DNA of 12,979 bases from IMG/VR virus record IMGVR_UViG_3300045988_117496, positions 1 through 12,979 of that record; one strand, given 5' to 3'. The position numbers and the translations under genes were made by a program. The notes below the pieces were generated by a model. It was not told the DNA's origin and did not search any database. It worked only from the letters and a program-made list of their open reading frames with translations. Position 1 is the first letter of the stretch; each line of letters starts with the position of its first letter. This stretch comes from a virus. Positions 7,195 to 12,979 of this stretch are shown here, piece by piece.

Positions 7195-8227
7195 GTAAAT
7201 ATTTTGATTCTATATCAGAAAAACTGACTAGTCCATCTAAGTACATCCCCCAGACCCATATAAACTTATGCCGGAAAGCTGTCAGGTCTCTTGTTGATGT
7301 AGAATACGTAATCTGAGGTGAACCTTGTAGGTGCTGTGTAATATACAGTTTTTCCTTGCTTTTGTGTGTGTATATGGTTATTTCTCCAACTGTCACAATG
7401 GGGACGTACTCATTTATGGGTTCGGATTTAATGTTCGAATAGTCCTCAGCGTAGAAATCATTCTGAATTGACATCTTGTAAAAATCACTATTTTTACCAA
7501 CCATTCTGTATACAGCTGTCTCAGATTTTGCCTGTGAAATTGGAGAGTTGGCTAAATTGATAAGAATAATACCCCTATCGGGCAGATAACTAAATTCCTG
7601 CCCTGTTTTATGCATATCGGTAACTTTGCGGATTAAACCCAGTTTCGCAAAAATATCACAGTTCGCATTTTCACTGTTAGATGCGCATATGAGTTGTAGA
7701 GGTTTATCTCCCATAAGTTCTCGATTTCTGTTTATGGTTTCATAACCATTTAAGAGAGCGATTGTAGCGTTTTTTAACTGTGGTTCTGTCTTTTCTGGGA
7801 TGAACTCGTCATAAAACATCAATTCAACGTCAGATGCCCCGAAACCTCGTAAATTAGATATTGTACCAAGTGCGGCGGAGTAGCCTAATGGTTTTCCTGT
7901 GTTCGTGTATTTTTTCGTTTTTTCGTCAAAACTTGTGTCATAAAAACCAGAATACAGTTTATTAATTGGTGATGGCGTAATACGTCTGTTACAGTCTGTG
8001 TTGTATTGTTTAAACGGATTGAATTGCGGTGTACGTATCATATCTATTTGAGTTTGACGGGTTCGAAGGTAGATGAATTTTTTATTATTTTCTACAGCGT
8101 GTTTCAAAATACCATACGTTTTTCCCGTTCCTCTACCGCCCCATATAAATATGAAAGGGCATCCTGTTTCCAAGATACCCTTTATATTCACATAACCATT
8201 ACTGTCATACAATTCAGGCTTTTTCAT
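7172..8227 (-). CDS. DNA encapsidation (packaging) ATPase, phi29 gp16-like
   Basis: 351 aa. Walker A is WGGRGTGKTY and Walker B is ELMFYDEFI. The segments FIYLRTR, LLNGYETINRNRE and LICASNS parallel phi29 gp16 GARGIGKSY, FIYVRRY, IVFDEFI, LNLMDTVFRNRE and CICLSNA (recalled from memory). Confidence 0.9.
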   Translation of the reverse strand: MKKPELYDSNGYVNIKGILETGCPFIFIWGGRGTGKTYGILKHAVENNKKFIYLRTRQTQIDMIRTPQFNPFKQYNTDCNRRITPSPINKLYSGFYDTSFDEKTKKYTNTGKPLGYSAALGTISNLRGFGASDVELMFYDEFIPEKTEPQLKNATIALLNGYETINRNRELMGDKPLQLICASNSENANCDIFAKLGLIRKVTDMHKTGQEFSYLPDRGIILINLANSPISQAKSETAVYRMVGKNSDFYKMSIQNDFYAEDYSNIKSEPINEYVPIVTVGEITIYTHKSKEKLYITQHLQGSPQITYSTSTRDLTAFRHKFIWVWGMYLDGLVSFSDIESKYLLDNYFKM

Positions 8228-8580
8228 TTCACATATCCCGCAACAAGAAAGTTTCTTCCACGCTGAGATTTTTTGAAAGATACAGATACTTTTCGGAAGT
8301 CCTCACCACATTTTTCTGCCATTGTGATAATACGCTCAAAAGCCTGAATGAATGAGGTTGAGGTTGTCACGTAAACGTTGTGTGTTTCCGCTTCCTCGAT
8401 TGACAGAGTTTTCACTATTTCACCCTTTGAGTTTTCATCTTCCACAATAGCGTAGTGTACGAACTCTACAGTTGTTCCGGCAGTGTCGGAAAGACGGATT
8501 CTGCTCTCATCTTCGAACATTGCAAACATTAACTCCATTGTATACTCGTTTTCCTGAATGTTTGTTTTAATAATTTTCAT
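8224..8580 (-). CDS. Hypothetical small acidic protein, translationally coupled to the packaging ATPase (possible phage SSB)
   Basis: 118 aa with RBS AAAGGAG-8 nt-ATG. Its stop overlaps the ATPase start (ATGA). The C-terminal pattern TTSTSFIQAF...KKSQRGRNF reminds me of small phage OB-fold SSBs. That is a recollection, not a verified match. Confidence 0.45.
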   Translation of the reverse strand: MKIIKTNIQENEYTMELMFAMFEDESRIRLSDTAGTTVEFVHYAIVEDENSKGEIVKTLSIEEAETHNVYVTTSTSFIQAFERIITMAEKCGEDFRKVSVSFKKSQRGRNFLVAGYVK

Positions 8581-8657
8581 GTTATTTTCTCCTTTTTTCT
8601 TTTTATGCTGTTTTACCCACAGCTGGGAGTTGTTTCAGATTGCGGCATGTTTGGTTC

Positions 8658-8879
8658 TTACTCTACTTTTCCGTAGTGTACAAATTCGGCTTCTGTCATG
8701 GATGCTTTTACAACTTCGGTATCCATGGAAACTTTCACAGCCTTTACTCCTGTTTCAGCTTCATAAGATTTTTTAATCTTTGTAGCTGTCACGTTTGCGC
8801 CGTAGTAGGTTTTTTCTACAGACTGCCCGTTTCCGTCTGTAATCTTTGCTGTTACTTTTTCAATGCTTCTTGTAATCAT
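8658..8879 (-). CDS. Hypothetical 73-aa protein, first gene downstream of promoter P2
   Basis: Strong RBS AAAAGGAG-10 nt-ATG about 40 nt downstream of P2. The protein is Lys/Glu/Thr/Val-rich with no motif I recognise. By position it could be a dsDNA- or ssDNA-binding replication accessory protein. Confidence 0.6.
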   Translation of the reverse strand: MITRSIEKVTAKITDGNGQSVEKTYYGANVTATKIKKSYEAETGVKAVKVSMDTEVVKASMTEAEFVHYGKVE

Positions 8880-8896
8880 GTTTTTTCAACTCCTTT
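8878..8896 (-). repeat. 19-nt translation-initiation-region repeat, copy 1
   Basis: Plus-strand atgttttttcaactccttt is identical to 11761-11779. On the minus strand it reads AAAGGAGTTGAAAAAACAT, followed by the rest of the start codon. Confidence 0.9.
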
Positions 8897-8926
8897 TTTA
8901 TTTTGTCTTATTTTTGTTACAAGTAT

Positions 8927-8955
8927 ATAATAGCATATGTGAGCGTGTATGTCAA
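8927..8955 (-). promoter_or_regulatory. Promoter P2, sigma-A/sigma-70 type with extended -10
   Basis: The minus strand reads TTGACA (8955-8950), a 17-nt spacer ending TGC, then TATTAT (8932-8927). An A-tract UP-like element (TTTTAAAAAATACCAAAGAAAAGG) lies upstream. The -35 hexamer contains the polymerase TGA stop codon. Confidence 0.8.
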
Positions 8956-11042
8956 GCCTTTTCTTTGGTATTTTTTAAAAAATCATGCCACAAATCAACG
9001 CTATTGAGAACATTTAAATATTCCATCGTGAGACCAACGGTGTATTCAGAGGGGCGTATAACCACGTTTCTGGTGATGTATACGCTTTTATCCGGATTAT
9101 CTGCGTCGGGGCTGTAATACCCATAATCTGAATCATTATAAACAGATTCCGTGCCACCCGCTTCCCGAAACGTAGTTCCGATTTTCAAAGCTTCCAAACC
9201 GCCCATTCTCTGCAATTCTTCTGCACCTTTTTTCTTTCCCACGCCCGCTATCGTGATTTCAAGTTTGCCGTTTTTTTCTTGAGCATATTTTTTTGCACCT
9301 AAGGTTATAAATCTGTCTGATGTGCCCTCATACTCGTATACGCCTAAATAATGTTCCACGCCTTTTGGGTCTGTGGCATGACCGCCATTTTCTACAGAAT
9401 CCGCTTTTAATCGGATATTTAATTCATCAAATTTTTCTTTGATTTCAGGATATCGTTCCGTTATCAATATTTTGCACGAATCTGTGTCACAATAAACAAA
9501 ATCTTCACCCGCAATATTTACGGCAAGCTTGAGTCTTTGTCTGGCATGAGCAGTTACCCAACAGCCCCATGCATACAGCATGAACGCTCTTTTGTTGTAT
9601 TTTGCTAGCTTTTCCCCTGTATCCCCGTCTTCAACTGAGAATGGTTTTTCTGTGTTACTGTAGATGATATCCGGCTTAACAGGATTCTGTGCGGACATAC
9701 CGTATAGTGCGTTTATCAGCTCTTTTGCCAAAGCGTATTCAATCTCTTTTCCCTCTACACCTTTTAAAGACGTTTTATCTGTGAATAATCGTTTTACCAA
9801 TTCTCTTAAAGACTCCGGGAGATACCCGTACCCTGCCGTGTAAAAATCAGTGAATTCAACTTCATCCCATACGTATTCCCTTTTCACAATACTGAAATCA
9901 ATGTCATTCAGTGTGCACGAATATTCATCCGCTGAAAGTAAACGACCGTTGTCCCAAACTGATTCTTTGCTTATGCAATAACCCTTATCTTTTGTCAAAT
10001 AAGGGGCGCCGTAATAAACATCTTTTTGTCTGATGTTCCGGAAATGAAACCGCCCCACATAAGCTTTGTGAAATTTTGTCCACCTGTCAATGTCCTCTAT
10101 ACCACAATTTCCCTGTCGCACAAATTTTGTCATTGGGAATTCACAGTTGAGCATAACGTCTGGGTAAGAGCTTGCCCTGTCGAATGACGCAACGTTGCTA
10201 AGTATTTTTCCAACGTGATATCTGTTTGCGTGAGTGTCACCGCCCCTGAATTCTTCTCTGAGAAGTATATATAAACTCGTGTCGCACATCATGCTGTGTA
10301 GTTTTTTATAATTGTATTGCTTCATAGCTAGCCTTGCTTCTCTTCTAACGTAGCCAGTTGAGGTTAACGGCAGAGTGTATAGTGTATCATTATTATCCAC
10401 CAATCGTTTATGCATTGCCTGTAATAACCCAATTACATCATTGCACCCGTACTCAATTTCTTTGAGTGTTAATTCCGTCCATGGGTAACGCCGTTTATCA
10501 TAATCAAAATCTTTCAACTTCTGATTCTGTACCCCGCTATCACTCAGAAACTTGTCAAGACTTTTGTGTGTTTGCATATACGAGCACCTAAACTCCAAAT
10601 TCCCTTGCATATGATTTCCTGCCCTGATTCTGAGTATTTTCCGAGGTTTAAGCGAGAACACCTCTTCTGGCTTTATTTCTATGTGTGAGCGTAAAAACTG
10701 AAATTCATATGATAGGTTATGCACAAACACCATTGTGATAAGATGCTCATCCTCAATTCCTATGAACAGTTCTTCAAGTTCGTTCCAATCTCTTCCATAG
10801 ACACATATTATTTCATTACCGTCAAGCAATACTGCAAACTGCCATAAATACATGATGCTCTGTTCAATTTCTGAAAGTCGTGTAGTTTCGATATCGAAAG
10901 CGCATATGCAATTTCTGTATGACTGTTTTGCAAAGCGTTGTTTTCCTCTCATGTTAGGTGTTCTATATATCTGTTGTATTCTACGTATCAATTCCTCTCT
11001 TTGCTTTTTGCCACTCCCTGTACTGATTGAGTAATTCATCAC
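8952..11042 (-). CDS. Family B DNA polymerase, protein-primed type (phi29 gp2-like)
   Basis: Exo I AFDIETT; Exo II HNLSYEFQF; (S/T)Lx2h KSLDKF; Exo III YGCNDV. Motif A is FDRASSYPDVM, motif B KELINALYG, T-x2-A/G-R is TAHAR, motif C VYCDTDS, and KxY is GAKKYAQ. The A-to-B (~150 aa) and B-to-C (~80 aa) spacings leave room for TPR1- and TPR2-like insertions. The start is ambiguous: TTG 11063, GTG 11042 or ATG 11039. Confidence 0.95.
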   Translation of the reverse strand: MMNYSISTGSGKKQREELIRRIQQIYRTPNMRGKQRFAKQSYRNCICAFDIETTRLSEIEQSIMYLWQFAVLLDGNEIICVYGRDWNELEELFIGIEDEHLITMVFVHNLSYEFQFLRSHIEIKPEEVFSLKPRKILRIRAGNHMQGNLEFRCSYMQTHKSLDKFLSDSGVQNQKLKDFDYDKRRYPWTELTLKEIEYGCNDVIGLLQAMHKRLVDNNDTLYTLPLTSTGYVRREARLAMKQYNYKKLHSMMCDTSLYILLREEFRGGDTHANRYHVGKILSNVASFDRASSYPDVMLNCEFPMTKFVRQGNCGIEDIDRWTKFHKAYVGRFHFRNIRQKDVYYGAPYLTKDKGYCISKESVWDNGRLLSADEYSCTLNDIDFSIVKREYVWDEVEFTDFYTAGYGYLPESLRELVKRLFTDKTSLKGVEGKEIEYALAKELINALYGMSAQNPVKPDIIYSNTEKPFSVEDGDTGEKLAKYNKRAFMLYAWGCWVTAHARQRLKLAVNIAGEDFVYCDTDSCKILITERYPEIKEKFDELNIRLKADSVENGGHATDPKGVEHYLGVYEYEGTSDRFITLGAKKYAQEKNGKLEITIAGVGKKKGAEELQRMGGLEALKIGTTFREAGGTESVYNDSDYGYYSPDADNPDKSVYITRNVVIRPSEYTVGLTMEYLNVLNSVDLWHDFLKNTKEKA

Positions 11043-11451
11043 CAGATTTTTCACCTCTATCAATAAACAACTCTAGCGCCTTTGTACTGTCGTATACTCG
11101 TCCCAATGAATAATCGCGAACAGATTCCATGAACTCGCCAAACTCATTTAATTCTTTATAAGTCTTAAATTTAATCCCCAACTTTTCAAGTTTTGCCATT
11201 TTTCGTCTGGCAATTCTCCTTTGCCCTGATACACTGTATAAATCAGATTTCTCAGCTTGTTCTAGCGCTGTCATTGCCCCCCCTCTCTGACGAGCGGTTT
11301 TTATCTGGCTTTCAGGTGGCAGCTGTTGTAGCATGTATTGTATATTACTCTTTGCACCCATGCCGAAATTTTTATTTTGTGCTAAGACTTTAAGCTTTCT
11401 TATAACTTTAGTACGGCGTTTTGCATAATCTGTCATCATGCCACTGCTCAC
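10981..11451 (-). CDS. Candidate terminal (priming) protein
   Basis: 156-aa basic, predicted-helical ORF immediately upstream of the polymerase gene and overlapping it. This matches the TP-pol synteny of phi29 (gp3-gp2) and PRD1. The N-terminal basic stretch is YAKRRTKVIRKLKVL. I see no sequence similarity to known terminal proteins, so the call rests on position and composition only. Confidence 0.45.
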   Translation of the reverse strand: MSSGMMTDYAKRRTKVIRKLKVLAQNKNFGMGAKSNIQYMLQQLPPESQIKTARQRGGAMTALEQAEKSDLYSVSGQRRIARRKMAKLEKLGIKFKTYKELNEFGEFMESVRDYSLGRVYDSTKALELFIDRGEKSGDELLNQYREWQKAKRGIDT

Positions 11452-11761
11452 TCTCCCTTTCCTCTCGTTCTACATCGTGAATATGTTTCACGTGAAACAT
11501 TATCGCAGAACGATTCAGTATTTGTGCTTTGCTCAAGTTGTTATGTTTTGCCAACTTCTTTACTTCTCTAAAAGTTTTATCTGTGAGGTACACACTTGTG
11601 TCATATTTTGGTGTAACCCGACTGGACGCGAATTGAAATCCCGAACCACCGAACTCAAGAACTGAATACACAGCATGCTCTAAATATTCGCTCACTGTTG
11701 TCCCGTATTCTTCTGCCCAGTTGTATATTCTCATATCTAATCGTACTGATAATTTTCTCAA
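11408..11761 (-). CDS. Tandem ribbon-helix-helix DNA-binding protein (putative transcription regulator)
   Basis: There are two RHH-like units: KLSVRLDMRIYNWAEEYGTTVSEYLEHAVYSVLE and TSVYLTDKTFREVKKLAKHNNLSKAQILNRSAIMF. Each reads as a beta strand plus two helices. The TTG start (TTGA overlap with the upstream stop, AAAGGAG 11 nt upstream) is needed to keep the first beta strand. Confidence 0.6.
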   Translation of the reverse strand: MRKLSVRLDMRIYNWAEEYGTTVSEYLEHAVYSVLEFGGSGFQFASSRVTPKYDTSVYLTDKTFREVKKLAKHNNLSKAQILNRSAIMFHVKHIHDVEREERESEQWHDDRLCKTPY

Positions 11762-11925
11762 TGTTTTTTCAACTCCTTTCTTTGCTCTCGTTTTCTTCTG
11801 AGTTTTTCTTTTCTCCTTTTCTCTCTTCCCATTTCATCTGTCGTACCGAGGATGTACCCTGACACAAACATCATGATTAAAGCTATAGACACGTAAATTA
11901 TATCGCTTGTGGTTGTTGCTATCAT
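11758..11925 (-). CDS. Small membrane protein with polybasic C-terminal tail (absent from the supplied ORF track)
   Basis: Hand translation gives MIATTTSDIIYVSIALIMMFVSGYILGTTDEMGREKRRKEKLRRKREQRKELKKH (55 aa). RBS is GGAGG-7 nt-ATG. There is one TM helix followed by a Lys/Arg-rich tail. The ORF fills an otherwise empty gap exactly, and its stop overlaps the next gene's start. Confidence 0.65.
   Translation of the reverse strand: MIATTTSDIIYVSIALIMMFVSGYILGTTDEMGREKRRKEKLRRKREQRKELKKH
11761..11779 (-). repeat. 19-nt translation-initiation-region repeat, copy 2
   Basis: Identical to 8878-8896. It spans the RBS and start of the RHH gene and the last codons of the 55-aa membrane-protein gene. 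Confidence 0.9.
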
Positions 11926-11929
11926 TTCA

Positions 11930-12502
11930 TCACCTCCAATAAATATTTCTACGCTCTGCGTCTGTAATTATATTGATATCACCATATTTCACATATGTCC
12001 CGTGAGTATGCGAACAGTCTCCCGAGAAATACACCAAATATGATTCCAATAAGACAAAATCATGAATACTCATTTCAATGCCATTTATAAAAACAGTACC
12101 CCCAAAATATCCTTTTTTAATCTTCTGTAACAGCTTTTTCAAATCATGGTTAAAATCAATAATTAAACTGTGAATACCTGTGTATTTGATTTCAGCACCG
12201 ATACCGTAAAACTCGATACTGGTCTCTCCTAAAATAGCGTCACACCCTTCAAATGCTACGAGGTCATTAATTGTGACCAACACGTCATTGGTTTCGGTGA
12301 TTTTTTTAAGATCTTCTAACTCTTTAACTGATTCAATAGGTATTATGTGCGTATCTTCAATTCTTGACGCACCGTTATATATCGGCGCAATGTAGCGTAT
12401 AGACCCGTCTGAAAACCTGTGAAAACCATACTTGCCATTTTTGTTCATGTACTCATCAAACTCACGAGTGTGTCTTTTAATTAATTCGATTGTATCTGAC
12501 AT
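11930..12502 (-). CDS. Hypothetical early protein (190 aa)
   Basis: Good RBS AGAAAGGAG-6 nt-ATG; second gene downstream of P1. I recognise no motif. Confidence 0.7.
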   Translation of the reverse strand: MSDTIELIKRHTREFDEYMNKNGKYGFHRFSDGSIRYIAPIYNGASRIEDTHIIPIESVKELEDLKKITETNDVLVTINDLVAFEGCDAILGETSIEFYGIGAEIKYTGIHSLIIDFNHDLKKLLQKIKKGYFGGTVFINGIEMSIHDFVLLESYLVYFSGDCSHTHGTYVKYGDINIITDAERRNIYWR

Positions 12503-12556
12503 TTTATGCTCCTTTCTCCCCGTTGTGCCGGTAGGTCGGCAGTTTATTTTAATATT

Positions 12557-12781
12557 TTATAACCCAATCTGTATCATCTGATAAAAGATACTTGCCATAA
12601 TTTTTCTCTTGTTTCTGTCGTATATAAACAACACATGTGCATCATCATCAAAATACAGTTTAACGGAATCATAAAAGAAGCAAACGTTGTTTATGAAAAT
12701 ACTTGAGCATTTTCCATTGTTTACCATTCTAAAACTCTTGTTGCATTCTCTAATCTTTTCGATAATATCTTTTTTTGTCAT
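12557..12781 (-). CDS. Hypothetical early protein (74 aa)
   Basis: The ATG at 12781 is preceded by AAAAGAGGAG-8 nt. The track's longer start at 12838 lies upstream of the predicted P1 transcription start. I recognise no motif. Confidence 0.7.
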   Translation of the reverse strand: MTKKDIIEKIRECNKSFRMVNNGKCSSIFINNVCFFYDSVKLYFDDDAHVLFIYDRNKRKIMASIFYQMIQIGL

Positions 12782-12828
12782 TTTATTTTCTCCTCTTTTA
12801 CTTGTTGCTATCTCCTTGCTATGATTAT

Positions 12829-12857
12829 ATAATATCACATTTATACCACGTTGTCAA
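12829..12857 (-). promoter_or_regulatory. Promoter P1 (early), sigma-A/sigma-70 type with extended -10
   Basis: The minus strand reads TTGACA (12857-12852), a 17-nt spacer ending TGA, then TATTAT (12834-12829), with an overlapping TATAAT 5 nt downstream. An AT-rich element (TTTTATAAAAACTA) lies upstream. The promoter sits about 30 nt inside the right ITR. Confidence 0.8.
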
Positions 12858-12887
12858 TAGTTTTTATAAAATTATACCGCAATTATT

Positions 12888-12979
12888 TGTTCGCCTATAG
12901 CGCACATCATGTCCGCCGGAGACAAACACATATGTCCGCAGGGGAAAGACAAATGTCCGTCCACCACGGACTTGAGTAT
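12888..12979. repeat. Right inverted terminal repeat (92 bp)
   Basis: Reverse complement of 1-92 with a single mismatch at 12940. Identity stops at 12887 on this side and at 93 on the left. Confidence 0.97.

Larger units (their letters stand above)
1..12979 (-). mobile_element. Complete linear dsDNA genome of a small phi29-like, protein-primed podophage bounded by ITRs
   Basis: Terminal 92 nt at each end are reverse complements. The window holds a full minimal module set: protein-primed PolB, gp16-like ATPase, portal, capsid, tail knob, collar, appendage and lysis genes. All genes are on the minus strand, and the first promoter and last terminator abut the ITRs. Confidence 0.85.

Noticed and set aside
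8581-8657. 77-nt intergenic region with a CCCA-GCTG-TGGG mini-hairpin, considered as a terminator or small RNA
   Set aside because: It has a 4-bp stem, no U-tract and no promoter. It most likely just carries the RBS for the 118-aa gene.
8451-8690. Shared EFVHY peptide (16-nt DNA match with two synonymous differences) in the adjacent 73-aa and 118-aa proteins, considered as evidence of paralogy
   Set aside because: The match covers only 5-7 residues at non-equivalent positions, and the flanking sequence does not align. It is too short to support a duplication.
8934-8939. CATATG palindrome shared by the P2 spacer and the ITR (46-51 and 12929-12934), considered as a common operator
   Set aside because: The same 6-mer occurs several more times inside the polymerase gene. 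It is too frequent in this AT-rich sequence to be meaningful without further evidence.
399-11665. Fifteen plus-strand ORFs of 60-96 aa in the track (399-593, 788-997, 954-1157, 2229-2444, 3140-3373, 3460-3660, 4277-4519, 5425-5700, 8006-8266, 8558-8776, 8640-8930, 8863-9117, 10852-11034, 11193-11393, 11438-11665)
   Set aside because: All lie antisense to well-supported minus-strand genes. They lack Shine-Dalgarno sequences and plus-strand promoters. Their composition is Cys/Phe/Leu-rich, typical of shadow frames.
12526-12541. Small hairpin (TGCCG-6 nt-CGGCA) between the first two early genes, considered as a terminator
   Set aside because: It has only a 5-bp stem. On the coding (minus) strand no U-tract follows it. 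The T-rich run is on the plus strand, which has no genes.
12782-12838. Longer 93-aa version of the first early gene, starting at 12838
   Set aside because: That start lies upstream of the -10 box of P1, so it would not be on the transcript. The internal ATG at 12781 has an excellent RBS.
12871-12876. Perfect TATAAT on the minus strand at the inner edge of the right ITR, as a second upstream early promoter
   Set aside because: No acceptable -35 lies at a 16-18 nt spacing (the best is TATAGG), and there is no TGn extension. P1, 42 nt downstream, is far stronger.
1-12979. Search for tRNA, rRNA, CRISPR repeats, integrase/recombinase, transposase or toxin-antitoxin pairs
   Set aside because: I found no cloverleaf-like segments, no regularly spaced direct repeats and no ORFs with recombinase or transposase motifs. 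The element looks strictly lytic and self-contained.

Overview
The first 92 nt are the reverse complement of the last 92 nt with one mismatch, so the window appears to be a complete linear replicon bounded by inverted terminal repeats (ITRs). I read it as a very small (12,979 bp) phi29-like podophage that replicates by protein priming. All 18 supported genes lie on the minus strand, and by my coordinates about 95% of the window is coding. From the right end, transcription runs in three blocks. Block 1 (promoter P1): two early ORFans, an unannotated 55-aa membrane protein, a tandem ribbon-helix-helix (RHH) protein, a small basic candidate terminal protein, and a family-B DNA polymerase with the motif set and insertions of protein-primed enzymes. 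Block 2 (promoter P2): two small proteins and a phi29 gp16-type packaging ATPase. Block 3 (promoter P3): BhlA-type holin, stand-alone SH3b protein, scaffold-like protein, major capsid protein, gp9-like tail knob, tail lysozyme, gp10-like portal, putative lower collar, and an appendage protein with an SGNH esterase domain. Block 3 ends in a strong intrinsic terminator just inside the left ITR. The three promoters share one architecture: TTGACA, a 17-nt spacer ending in TGn, then TAT(T/G)AT. Promoter type, GGAGG-type ribosome-binding sites (RBS), the BhlA holin and the SH3b module point to a Gram-positive (Bacillota) host. I found no tRNA, rRNA, CRISPR array, integrase or transposase. All homology statements rest on motifs I recognise by eye, not on database searches.
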